A stretch of 64,000 bases of DNA from positions 928,001 to 992,000 of the forward strand of contig OY970296.1 in the NCBI GenBank assembly GCA_963716175.1, written 5' to 3'. Below the pieces are notes generated by a model that was given only the letters and a program-made list of their open reading frames with translations, was not told the origin of the DNA and ran no database searches. A program made the translations under genes and the position numbers. Positions 54,583-64,000 of the stretch are shown here, one piece after another; position 1 is the first letter of the stretch, and the number at the start of each line of letters is the position of its first letter. Origin of the DNA: an uncultured Armatimonadetes bacterium (GTDB lineage Bacteria > Armatimonadota > Hebobacteria > Hebobacterales > Hebobacteraceae).

Positions 54583-55881
54583 CTATCCCTCCACCCCATA
54601 GATCCTCTTCGGGTTCTCGTAGAGCACCTGGCGCGCCAGAGAGAGGGCGACCTCCTGTGTGTAAGTCCCCTCTTTGACTCGTTCCAGCACTGCCTCGGCC
54701 AAGATGCGTTTCACCAGCTTCAGCTTCGGATAGCACCACTCTGCATGATAGGCGTCGGAGAAGAAGGCCACGATCTTGTTGGCCGGCACCATGTCCAGGC
54801 GCGTTTCGATGCTCGCGCGAATGTAGGAGGGGTAGAGGGTATGCCACCAGTAGCCCCCCACGCTTACGTTGGGGATGTGCTTGGCCAGCACCGCGAGGTC
54901 TTGCCCATGCGCCTCGGCCGCGGTCGAGCAGTTGAAGTGCAGGTCCTCGAATTCGCCCGCCATTCTCGCCAGCGTCCCCGGCAGCTCCGGCGCCCAATTC
55001 GTCACCGACCGGTGCGGCGGAAGCACCTCCGCCCCCACGATCACCTGCACCGTCCGCATCGGGCCTGCACCCAGGCCCTTCAGGAGATTCCGCAGCCCAT
55101 AGCAGGTGAAGACACTTTGCTCCTCTTGGTCGAGGCGGTGGCCTGCTCGCGCCCGCGCGACCACTGCCGCCACCTCTGACTCCCTTGGCTCCAGCCAGAT
55201 CATCTCCGGCCGGAGCCACACTCCCACGAAATGGATCGGGCGCTTGCTGTAGTCACGCCCCCGCGCCAGCATCGCCTCTCCATACGCCTCCGGCTTGCTC
55301 AGTTCAACGCCCAATTCCCGCTCGATGCTGTCCACCATCTCTGCCGAGCTCTGCTTGCCGCTCATCAGGCTGAAGCCGGCGACTTCGATTCCCTTGCCGA
55401 TGGTCTGCGACCACGCGGGCTGCCCCCGGCCCTCCACGGTCAGACTCCTCGCGATCCGGCACCTGTTCTGCAGCACTTCGGAGCGCCAGCCGGGGTCCGA
55501 GGCCCGCTCCGCCGCCTCCGCCATCACCTCCTCCAGGTTCTCGGCGCGCAGTCCGCCCCCCGGCACCCCGTACAGGTCTTTCAGCATGACGCGTAGGAAG
55601 CTCGCACAGGTGGTATTGCGGATGCGATCCAGATATGGGAGGGCCGCTTGCAGCCTCTCCCGCGGCGTCATCCCCGGGTCGGCAACCTCGTGAGGGAGCC
55701 CGGCGCGAGTGGCTGCGTCGGCCGGCATCCCGGCCGACACCAGCTCGATCCAGAGGTGGTGGTAGAGCACGATGTCGGCCAGGTCATCCGCCTCCGGCTT
55801 GCCCGGCCGCAGGTGAGTGTGCACGTCAATCACGGGGGCGGCATCAACCTCCGCCCTCAGCGCCTCCTCGAATCCATCCAA
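54583..55881 (-). CDS. amidohydrolase-superfamily protein (uronate isomerase-like)
   Basis: IDVHTH, YHH, GYWW and FSDAY motifs. Confidence 0.75.
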   Translation of the reverse strand: MDGFEEALRAEVDAAPVIDVHTHLRPGKPEADDLADIVLYHHLWIELVSAGMPADAATRAGLPHEVADPGMTPRERLQAALPYLDRIRNTTCASFLRVMLKDLYGVPGGGLRAENLEEVMAEAAERASDPGWRSEVLQNRCRIARSLTVEGRGQPAWSQTIGKGIEVAGFSLMSGKQSSAEMVDSIERELGVELSKPEAYGEAMLARGRDYSKRPIHFVGVWLRPEMIWLEPRESEVAAVVARARAGHRLDQEEQSVFTCYGLRNLLKGLGAGPMRTVQVIVGAEVLPPHRSVTNWAPELPGTLARMAGEFEDLHFNCSTAAEAHGQDLAVLAKHIPNVSVGGYWWHTLYPSYIRASIETRLDMVPANKIVAFFSDAYHAEWCYPKLKLVKRILAEAVLERVKEGTYTQEVALSLARQVLYENPKRIYGVEG

Positions 55882-55897
55882 TTTCCACCTCCGCCAG

Positions 55898-57862
55898 CTA
55901 TCTCACCATCACCTGACCGCTGTCGCACACCAGCGTCTGCCCGGTGATCGTGCGCGCCTGCTCCGAGCACAGGAAGATCACCGCGTTCGCCACATCCTGA
56001 CCGGTGATGTCTCGCTTCAGGGCGGTCATGTTCACATAATATGGGATCACTTCCTCGGGCTTGATCCCATACTTCTCCGCGCACATCCGGATGTACTCTT
56101 CGTTCCAGATCTTGGAGCCGGCGAACACGTTGCCTGGGGCCACCGCGTTCACCCTGATCCCGTGCGGCCCCAGCTCCAGCGCCCAGCCCCGCGCCATGTG
56201 AATCTCCCCGGCCTTGGTGGCATTGTAGGCGGTGTTGCCCCTGCTCGCCTCCAGCCCCGACTTCGAGCTCACCACGATGATGCCCCCGCCCATCCCCTGC
56301 TGGATCATCACCTTCGCCGCTGCCTTGGCCGCCAGGAAGTACCCGGTCAGGTTCACCTCCAACGCCGCCCGCCACTGCCTCACCGGCAAGTCAACCAAGG
56401 CGAAGGGCGGCGCGATGCCGGCCGCGTTGACCAGTATGTCCAGCCCGCCCCACTGGTCGAGGACGGCGTCGAACAGCGCCTCCACCTCCGCTTCGCTGGT
56501 GACATCGCACCGCAGCGCCAGCGCCGATCCACCTGGCGCCATCTCGCTGATCAACCTGGTGGTTTCTTGCGCACCGCCGGTATCAATGTCGGCCAGCGCC
56601 ACCGCCGCCCCCGCGTCCGCCAGCCCTATGGCAATGCTCCGCCCCAACCCGCTCCCAGCGCCGGTCACCACCGCGATCCGGCCCGCCAGCTCACCCGCCT
56701 CAGAGATGCCCGCCACTTGCTTCCGGAAGGTCTCCGCCTCCCAGTTCAAGATGAAGTCACGCTCTCGCTTGCTCAGCGGGTTGACTCCGCCGAACTCGCT
56801 CGCATACCCCCGCACCAGCAGAGATGCCGTTACCACTTCCTTGGTGCTGGCGATCGCCTTCGGGCTCGCCGCCACAAACAAGCCCAGGCCCGGCGCCAGG
56901 AAGCTGACCGCCGGTTTCTCTCCCCGCGCCATCTGCCGCTTCAGTTTCTCCCGCACCCGCCCCGCCTCGCACCGCTCCAACCACAGCGGCGGCCCATTCG
57001 CGTACACCAGCTCATCGGGCATGATCGCGGGCAGAGAGGCCAGCCGTTTCGCTTCTGGCCTCGCCAGGAATCCAGCGACGCCAGTATCCATGAAATGCTT
57101 CACGCACTGGTAGCGCCCAGTGGCCTCGAACACCCCCTTGCGGATCGCCAGGCCGGCGGCCCCCACCGCGTCTCGCGGGGGCCACGCCAGCCTTCGCGAT
57201 GGCGCCGAGGGCAGATGCTCACGGCAGATGCGGATGACCCCGGCCACCCTCCGCAGCACCGCCTCCGGCGAGTCGCCGACGACAAAGAGTCCGTGCTTGG
57301 CGAGAAAGAGCGTGTGAGGCTTGCGACCATGCCTGCGCACGTAGCCCTCGACCAGGCGGCATACCGTGCGCGCCAGCGTGTAGCCCGGGCGGGCGGCGGG
57401 AACCCACAGCGGGGGAAGCGCCTCGCCCCGGAACAACCGCTCCAGCTCCGCCTTGCCGTTCCTCGCGCATACATAGGCCCCCACCGCCACCGGGTGCAGA
57501 TGCACCACGCAGCGGCCGAGCTGGGCGTGCAGGTGGGCCTCCACCGAGGGCCGCGCTTCCCCGGTGACATCATCGTCACAGCACAACTGGAGCCGGCGCG
57601 CGATCTCGTTCTCCCTCGCCGTCTCGCCCAGCCCCCCCAGCGACGCGTCCTGGATGACCGCACACACCGGCGCCACCCTCAGCCGCCGCCATCCCCGGTG
57701 TTCGTCAATGTCCTTGATCGCGGTGCCGCTGGCCTTGATGTACATGTGCTCGCCATCGGCCGTCTTCACCGAGGTGTTCCCTCCGCCTCCTTGCACCAGC
57801 GAGCTATCGCGGCCCACTCGACGTGAGATCCTTATCAGGTCTGCTAGCGCCCGATCCATCAT
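55898..57862 (-). CDS. bifunctional class II aldolase / short-chain dehydrogenase (RhaD-like)
   Basis: GGGGNTSVK, KASG, PSVE..LH and HLHP; TGAGSGLG, NAAG and Y.ATK motifs. Confidence 0.9.
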   Translation of the reverse strand: MMDRALADLIRISRRVGRDSSLVQGGGGNTSVKTADGEHMYIKASGTAIKDIDEHRGWRRLRVAPVCAVIQDASLGGLGETARENEIARRLQLCCDDDVTGEARPSVEAHLHAQLGRCVVHLHPVAVGAYVCARNGKAELERLFRGEALPPLWVPAARPGYTLARTVCRLVEGYVRRHGRKPHTLFLAKHGLFVVGDSPEAVLRRVAGVIRICREHLPSAPSRRLAWPPRDAVGAAGLAIRKGVFEATGRYQCVKHFMDTGVAGFLARPEAKRLASLPAIMPDELVYANGPPLWLERCEAGRVREKLKRQMARGEKPAVSFLAPGLGLFVAASPKAIASTKEVVTASLLVRGYASEFGGVNPLSKRERDFILNWEAETFRKQVAGISEAGELAGRIAVVTGAGSGLGRSIAIGLADAGAAVALADIDTGGAQETTRLISEMAPGGSALALRCDVTSEAEVEALFDAVLDQWGGLDILVNAAGIAPPFALVDLPVRQWRAALEVNLTGYFLAAKAAAKVMIQQGMGGGIIVVSSKSGLEASRGNTAYNATKAGEIHMARGWALELGPHGIRVNAVAPGNVFAGSKIWNEEYIRMCAEKYGIKPEEVIPYYVNMTALKRDITGQDVANAVIFLCSEQARTITGQTLVCDSGQVMVR

Positions 57863-57873
57863 GCCGCCCTCTC

Positions 57874-58314
57874 CTACCCTCGCCTCCACACCAACACCGC
57901 GCCAGCCAGCAAAAGGACATCCCTCCCGAACAGCCCCCAGCTCGCCTCGGTCGCGCTCATTCCGCTCACGTCGAAGCACCCGCACTCGATCTTCAGCCCC
58001 CGGGCCTGGGCCCAGGCGATAGCTGCCAGGAAGGCCACGGTCAGCGCCGAGGCCAGCAGCCCGGCTCCCCTGCGCCACACCCCCACGATCAGCGCCAGCC
58101 CCGCGGTCAGCTCCACCCAGGGCATCCCCAGCGCGAAGGCGTTGATCAAGACCCTCGGCAGCAGGTCGTAATCGTGCACCACATCCGCGAAGCGGTCCGG
58201 GTGACCGACCTTGTCCAGGCTGGCGTAGACGAAGACCACCCCTACCGCCACGCCTACTATGCGGAGCGCGATGCGATGGCAGAGCAGCCGCCAGATGGCG
58301 CGCAGCGCTCGCAT
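57874..58314 (-). CDS. MauE/DoxX family membrane protein
   Basis: F.YAS.DK, PWVE, CGCF and RD motifs. Confidence 0.9.
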   Translation of the reverse strand: MRALRAIWRLLCHRIALRIVGVAVGVVFVYASLDKVGHPDRFADVVHDYDLLPRVLINAFALGMPWVELTAGLALIVGVWRRGAGLLASALTVAFLAAIAWAQARGLKIECGCFDVSGMSATEASWGLFGRDVLLLAGAVLVWRRG

Positions 58315-58884
58315 TCAGCTCGCCTTGTCCGCCGGCCGTGTGGCGGACTTTCGCACCGTGGGGTAGCCCGCCTCGGTCCACTCCGCGAAGCCGCGCCTCA
58401 GGACCAGCAGCCTGCGATAGCCCAGCTCCAGCAGTCTCTTGCCCATCCGCGTGCTGAGCCCGCATTCGCCGCCATAGCAGTAGAGCACCAGAACAGCATC
58501 CCGCGGCAGCCGCGCTCGCATCTTCGGCCAGGCCTGGTTCCACTCCCTCATGGGAAGGCTGATCGCACCGGGGATGTGATCCGCCTGGTAGTCCTTGGTG
58601 TCCCGCGAATCAACGAAGATGGCCCCGCCGGACTTCAGGAGTGCCAACGCCTGCGCGGCCGAAATCTGAGGCAGACGCGACTCGAAGACCCTCGGAATCC
58701 CGATCCGGCCATCCGGCGACGGCCGCCACCGCAGCCCCTGCGGGTTGGCCGCATTGAAGATTGCGCCCACCACGAGCGCCACGGCCAGCAGCCCACCTGC
58801 CCGCGCGGCATGAGGAAAGCGCGCTAGCACTCCCACGCCTGTCCCAACCGGTCTCCGCGCCTCACTCACCTGGGGCAAGCCCAT
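58315..58884 (-). CDS. rhodanese-like domain protein
   Basis: VDSR, HIPGAI, YCYG..C and GFAEW motifs; start uncertain. Confidence 0.88.
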   Translation of the reverse strand: MGLPQVSEARRPVGTGVGVLARFPHAARAGGLLAVALVVGAIFNAANPQGLRWRPSPDGRIGIPRVFESRLPQISAAQALALLKSGGAIFVDSRDTKDYQADHIPGAISLPMREWNQAWPKMRARLPRDAVLVLYCYGGECGLSTRMGKRLLELGYRRLLVLRRGFAEWTEAGYPTVRKSATRPADKAS

Positions 58885-59046
58885 GGGGAGAAGGATTCCA
58901 CCACCAGAACCAGCGTCCTGCGAGCACCGCATGGGCCGCCTCCCATCTCGCGTGGCAGCGCGGTCCTCCGGGTGACTGCGGTGCTTCGGGGGTTCAGCGC
59001 TCGCTGTGAATGGCGGTCAGGGGGGTGCGATGGCCTGCGGAGCGTC

Positions 59047-62000
59047 TCATTGCACAGGTAGCACCCCGGGCGGCCTGGCGACCTCCGGCTGGTCCCACCA
59101 TCCGGTCAGCCCGCGGGCAGCGGCGCTGTCCCGCTCAGCGTTCGCGTCTTCGCCCAGCACGGTATAGCCCAAGGCGCGGTAGTTGTAGAGAACAGGCCGG
59201 GTGGGATCGGCGCCGATGGCATCGCTGGTCATGTCAACCAGATCCACGGCATAGGGCCTGACCTCGCTCCTGAAGCCGTGAGCGGAACAGAGATCAACGA
59301 GGCTGTAGAGCATGTCCAGGCCCCGCGTGGCGATCTTCAGGGCGCGCCGGAAATGGGCGTGGGCGGCCGCGGTCTTCCTGGCCTTGAGGTCGCAGACACC
59401 CAGGCCGATATGCATGACAGGGGACTCCTGGCCGCCCGCCGCCGCCTGCTCGAAGTCGCTCCTGGCGGCCTGGTAGTCGAAGTTGCCGAGGGCAGTCAGC
59501 CCCGAGTAGACCAGCACCTGGAAGATCTTCCGCTGCTCAGGTGAACTCAGGGCCAGGGTCTGCCGCGCCAGGTCGAGATCCCCCATCTCCAGGGCCGCGT
59601 AGGCCGCGCCAGTGAGCGCGTCCACGCTGCCGGAGTCATTGGCGTAGGCCTCCCGGAAGGAGGTATAGGCCTGATTGGGATAGCCGTCCTCGTCCTGCTG
59701 GTTGCCGACTGACCAGAGCGCGTCGGACACGACCCGTCGGATGAAGACATCGTGGGGTCGCAGCCCCTGAGCCTGATTGGCCGCCTCCAGGTACTGGTCC
59801 GAGTTGTCGCAGGAGTAGACGAGCTGGCCCCGCATCAGCCAGCGCCCGGCGAGCCGGCCCACCGCGGCATCCCGCAGCGTCTCCGCATCCAGCGGCCGCG
59901 TGCACAGGTTGTTGAGCTGCTGCCAGACCTGGGTCTCTGGCACCTGTTCCACCGCGGCCAGCAGGGCCGGCATGGTGGAGGAGACACCCCGGACGGTGAT
60001 CGCCCGGGGAGCCGTGAACTCCAGCACCGGGTATTCCACGCGGTTCACTGGCGCGTCGCCTCCCATGGCGTCGAGCTGCTCGGGGCCGGCCACGAACCAG
60101 CTCAGTATGTCGGCCGGTTTCTGCACGCCCATGGAGAGCAGATCACCCATCACCGCGGGCGCCGCCATCCGCTCCCCCAGGTTCCTCAGGTCTATCTTCA
60201 GGTCGCCGCCCTTGGTCCCGATGAGCACGGTGTCAATGCCGGAGAACCACATGGTGGCATTTGGGAAGACATCCACGAAGGTGCGGATGACGGTGGCGAA
60301 GTCGCTGGGCGAGAGCTGGTAGAGGGGCAGCCACTGGGCCAGCACGCCGCCCTCCTTGAGCCGCTCCTTGCAGATCCGCCAGTGCTCGTAGGAATAGAGG
60401 ATCCCGTTGCCGGAGATGAAGGGGTGGATGGGATCGGAGCTGATGATGTCGTACTGCTTGCGCGTGGCTTTGACGTAGTTGGCGCCGTCGTTGATGATCA
60501 GCTTCACCTTGGGGTTGTGGAGCACGTCGTGGTTCCAGTCGGCGAACTTGGCCGCCCCGCCCGGCACCTCCTCAGAAAGCTCCACCACGGTGACGTGCTC
60601 CACCGAGGGGTAGCTGGCGATAATCCCGCTGGACACGCCCGCGCCCAGCCCGATGATGAGCACTTGCTTGGGATCCGGATGCAGTAAGGCCGGCAGGTGC
60701 CCCAGCATCTTCAGGGCTCGCATGTCGTAGAGGTAGGTGGTGGCCACCGGTTGGGCGTTGACGGAGATGATCCTCTCCCCGGAGCCGGTCTCGAGCACAT
60801 CCACCGAGGCGGTGACCCCCTCCTTGTGATAGAGCAGCTTCTGCATGTGGCGATCGGTGACGTCCACGGTCGAACCCGCCGCCCGGCTGACGTAGTAGCC
60901 GCCGGCGAACGGCCCCCAGCCCGCGAAGAGCAGCTTGGTCTCGAAGCGAGGGTGGAGGAAGGCGAGCACTACTACCGCCGCTACCATCGCGGTCGCGGTT
61001 CCGCCTCGGGCCGCCCGGGGCCAGGGCCTGGCCAGGGATACCGCCAGGGGTCCACCAACCAGCATCAGGAAGAGCGCAGCGACCGTGAGGGCGGGCTGGA
61101 GGCCGAGAAACTTCACCAACACGAAGCCCCCGACCAGTGACCCGACGATTCCCCCCAAGGTGTTCATGGCGTAGACATCGGCAACCGTGCGGCCCACCTG
61201 GGCCGCACCCCGGGAGTACATCCTAACCAGGATCGGGAAGCTGGCGCCGGAGAGGAAAGTTGGCACGAACACCAGCAGGAAGCAGATCACGAACTGGGCC
61301 GCGATCACCAGGCTCCAGACCCCAGCGGCCCAGTCGGACAGCCGGAGGAAAACGAAGGGCAGGCGGTTGATCACGGCCGGCCCCAGCAGGGCGCAGAAGC
61401 CGCCCGTGAAGAGCAAGCCTGCCACCAGGGCGGCGCGATTGCGCATGCGATCAGCGTACGGCGCGAGCACCGCGCTGCCCAGCGCGATGCCGACCAGCAC
61501 CGCGGTGAGCATGGTGGAGAAGGCGTAGGTGGTGGAGCCGAGAATCAGGATCAGGCTGCGCGTCCAGACCACCTCGAGGGCGAGGGCGGCAAGGCCCGCG
61601 GTGAAGGCCAGAGTGAGGACGATCCGCTCTGCTCGGCCCACGCGGCCGGCCGGCGCCGTGATCGGAAGCGCCGCCGGGGCCGCGGCGCCCCGAAAGGCGG
61701 GCCGTCTGCTCAGCAGCAGAGCGCAGGTGGCGAGGAAGAAGTTGCCCAGGGCGGCCACCAGGGTGGTCTTGGGCACGCCAAGGGCGGGAATCAGCAGGAA
61801 CCCCGCACTGGCCGATCCCGCGACCGCGCCGAAGGTGTTCACGGCATAGAGCCGGCCCACGCTGAGGCCGAGCACGCTCTCTCTATCCACCATCAGCTTG
61901 CTCAGCACTGGCAGCGTCGCCCCCATCAAAGTGGTGGGCAGCACCAGCACGGCGAAGCACACCACGAACCGGAACAGGGTGAACAGGCTGAAGCTCTCTC

Positions 62001-62361
62001 CGATGCTAGTGTAGACGGCCGGGTAGGTGGCCTCCACGAGACCCAGGAAGAGAGGCAGCAGCAGCGCGTAGACTCCGACCGCGCCCTCCATGCCGCCGTA
62101 GACCGCCAGGGGGTGAAGCCGGGTGCGATCTATGATCCGGCCCGCCAGGAAGCTCCCGATCGCCAGCCCAGCGAAGAAGGCGGCCAACACGGTGCTCACG
62201 GCATAGGTGCTGACCCCAAACACCAGGCCAAACTTCCGCACCCAGATCACTTCGTAGATCAGGCTCGTCAGCCCGGAAAGGAAGAACAGGAGGAAGATCA
62301 CCACCGACCAACGCCGCCACTCCCCGGCGGGCGGAGCGGACTCGCGATCCATCTGCTTCAT
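59047..62361 (-). CDS. fused multi-TM / spermidine synthase-like methyltransferase with C-terminal TPR
   Basis: SG..SLIYEV.W, LY..NT.G, IGLGAG, DG.NY and YDII.SD motifs. Confidence 0.88.
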   Translation of the reverse strand: MKQMDRESAPPAGEWRRWSVVIFLLFFLSGLTSLIYEVIWVRKFGLVFGVSTYAVSTVLAAFFAGLAIGSFLAGRIIDRTRLHPLAVYGGMEGAVGVYALLLPLFLGLVEATYPAVYTSIGESFSLFTLFRFVVCFAVLVLPTTLMGATLPVLSKLMVDRESVLGLSVGRLYAVNTFGAVAGSASAGFLLIPALGVPKTTLVAALGNFFLATCALLLSRRPAFRGAAAPAALPITAPAGRVGRAERIVLTLAFTAGLAALALEVVWTRSLILILGSTTYAFSTMLTAVLVGIALGSAVLAPYADRMRNRAALVAGLLFTGGFCALLGPAVINRLPFVFLRLSDWAAGVWSLVIAAQFVICFLLVFVPTFLSGASFPILVRMYSRGAAQVGRTVADVYAMNTLGGIVGSLVGGFVLVKFLGLQPALTVAALFLMLVGGPLAVSLARPWPRAARGGTATAMVAAVVVLAFLHPRFETKLLFAGWGPFAGGYYVSRAAGSTVDVTDRHMQKLLYHKEGVTASVDVLETGSGERIISVNAQPVATTYLYDMRALKMLGHLPALLHPDPKQVLIIGLGAGVSSGIIASYPSVEHVTVVELSEEVPGGAAKFADWNHDVLHNPKVKLIINDGANYVKATRKQYDIISSDPIHPFISGNGILYSYEHWRICKERLKEGGVLAQWLPLYQLSPSDFATVIRTFVDVFPNATMWFSGIDTVLIGTKGGDLKIDLRNLGERMAAPAVMGDLLSMGVQKPADILSWFVAGPEQLDAMGGDAPVNRVEYPVLEFTAPRAITVRGVSSTMPALLAAVEQVPETQVWQQLNNLCTRPLDAETLRDAAVGRLAGRWLMRGQLVYSCDNSDQYLEAANQAQGLRPHDVFIRRVVSDALWSVGNQQDEDGYPNQAYTSFREAYANDSGSVDALTGAAYAALEMGDLDLARQTLALSSPEQRKIFQVLVYSGLTALGNFDYQAARSDFEQAAAGGQESPVMHIGLGVCDLKARKTAAAHAHFRRALKIATRGLDMLYSLVDLCSAHGFRSEVRPYAVDLVDMTSDAIGADPTRPVLYNYRALGYTVLGEDANAERDSAAARGLTGWWDQPEVARPPGVLPVQ

Positions 62362-62378
62362 CGGTCACCTCTGAAGTA

Positions 62379-62510
62379 CTAGAGCGCATTTCATAACCTA
62401 CCTGCTGGCTGGCCGCACCACGCCCTCGCATGAAATGCGCCTGCTACGGCCTGACGTCGTGCAGTGCTGTTTCATAACCTCCCCTGGGAAGGTTATGAAA
62501 CAGCTTCTAG
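62379..62510. mobile_element. MITE-like element copy 3
   Basis: Near-identical to copies 1 and 2; CTAG at both ends. Confidence 0.85.
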
Positions 62511-62601
62511 CCCCGTGGCCTACAGGTGCTGCGGCCCCGGGACAGAATTAGACTTTCTTCCCGTGGCCGGGCCTTCCTGCCCGCCGCGGCGCAGGGAAGA
62601 C

Positions 62602-62627
62602 GGCGGGCATGGGTATGCCCGCCCTAC
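62602..62627 (-). repeat. REP family A
   Basis: Exact reverse complement of the copy at 52958. Confidence 0.9.
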
Positions 62628-62680
62628 AGTGGGCTTGGTGTGTGCAGGGAACTCGTATCTGTCGGCGAGGAGGCGCGAGC

Positions 62681-63862
62681 ATGCTGGTGAAGGTCGGGCT
62701 CTCCACAGGCGATTTCGTAGGCAGCAGCAATACCGCCATTCAGCAGGCGATTGACGCCGCCGCAGGCCGCGGAGGCGGGACGGTCGAGTTGGGGCCTGGG
62801 GTATTCACGCTCCACGACTCCGTCAGGCTTAGACCGAACGTGCGGCTGGTGGGTTCCGGGCCGGACACGGTGCTGCGCAAATGCGACGGGCCAGCCAGCG
62901 GCTTCGCGGTGGATGCCGACTACGGCCAGTCCAAGGTGACGGTGCAGGACCCCGCGGGCTTCTGCGCGGGCATGGGGGTGGTAGTTGGGGACGAGCATTC
63001 CGGCGGATGGCACGACACGGTGGCGACCATCACCGCGATCCAGGGCAACGTGCTGCACCTGGACCGGTGGTTCCTGTCCGACTACGACGCGGACCAGGGT
63101 GGGCTGGTACACTGCGCTTTTCCGCCGATCTCAGGCATTGATGTTGACAACGTGATCATCGAGGGGATAGGTGTGGACGGCAACAAGGCCAACAACGGGC
63201 GGATCAACGGCTGCGTGGCCGGGGGCATCTATCTTCACCGCGCGCGCCACTGCCGCATCGCCGACTGCCTGGTGCGGGATTTCAACGGCGATGGCATCAG
63301 CTTCCAGATCACCCAGGACATTGTGGTAGAGGGCTGCGAGGTCACAGGCAGCGTCGGCCTGGGCCTGCATCCCGGCACCGGCTCGGCCCGGCCCATCATC
63401 CGCAACTGCACCGCACACCACAACGGAGAGGATGGCTTCTTCCTGTGCTGGCGGGCGCAGGAGGGGCTGTTCGAGAACAACCAGTTTCTCCACAACAGCC
63501 GCTACGGGATCTCGATCGGCCACAAGGATACGGACAATCTGTTCGTTGGCAATCTGGTGAAAGGCAACAAGTCCCACGGCATCTACTTCCGCGACGAGAA
63601 GCCGACCAACGCCGGCAGCCGCAATACCTTCCGCGACAACGTGGTCGAGGACAACGTGGGCAGCGGGATTCATGTCGAGGGGCATACTACCGACCTGCTG
63701 TTCGAGGAGAACACCATCCGCGACACCCGCTCGGGCGACCCTCGCACCCAGCGCATCGGCATCTATGCCGGAGACCACACCGCCCGCATCCGCGCCCTGC
63801 GCAACCGCATCGAGAACCACGTCGAGGCCGCGACCAAGGGGGCGGTGACGGTGGAGGCATAG
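62681..63862 (+). CDS. right-handed beta-helix (pectin lyase-like) protein
   Basis: AIQQAID..GGTV.L.PG start; repeated N..GI/N..N beta-helix coils. Confidence 0.85.
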   Translation: MLVKVGLSTGDFVGSSNTAIQQAIDAAAGRGGGTVELGPGVFTLHDSVRLRPNVRLVGSGPDTVLRKCDGPASGFAVDADYGQSKVTVQDPAGFCAGMGVVVGDEHSGGWHDTVATITAIQGNVLHLDRWFLSDYDADQGGLVHCAFPPISGIDVDNVIIEGIGVDGNKANNGRINGCVAGGIYLHRARHCRIADCLVRDFNGDGISFQITQDIVVEGCEVTGSVGLGLHPGTGSARPIIRNCTAHHNGEDGFFLCWRAQEGLFENNQFLHNSRYGISIGHKDTDNLFVGNLVKGNKSHGIYFRDEKPTNAGSRNTFRDNVVEDNVGSGIHVEGHTTDLLFEENTIRDTRSGDPRTQRIGIYAGDHTARIRALRNRIENHVEAATKGAVTVEA

Positions 63863-64000
63863 GGCGAGCGTCCGCCCTAGCCTCGGCGAAGCCGGATGCC
63901 CCCCGGAACCCCATCCACCTCGGAGGCGCAGAGAACACAGAGGGAGAGGGGTTTTGGGACTTCAGTCCCGGAACCGAGATCCTCGGAGTTTGCACGGTCT

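Overview
High-GC bacterial chromosomal window (an Armatimonadota-like lineage is my guess only). It carries housekeeping genes (accB, hom, thrC, purC, tilS, serS, purSQLFM, cdsA), many sugar-scavenging enzymes and a five-tRNA array. The intergenic space is crowded with short palindromic elements: GTAG-type REPs with their cognate RAYT transposase, a TA-flanked 126-bp MITE-like element (3 copies) and several other hairpin families, some nested in each other and some inside coding sequences. Main findings: (1) an apparently ancestral tRNA gene split into 5' and 3' halves, with a compensatory acceptor-stem pair, around a complete tRNA-Phe and a hicBA module; (2) a sigma-70-family factor fused to a degenerate GGDEF domain that keeps the RxxD site; (3) an AbiJ-like HEPN gene enclosed by 36-bp inverted REPs next to the RAYT, plus a second REP-bounded block of two foreign-looking genes; (4) REP GTAG tetramers coinciding with TAG stop codons; (5) a perfect palindrome inserted in frame in serS. 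Four 1-bp deletions in G/C runs look like sequencing errors. All calls come from reading motifs by eye; no searches were run.
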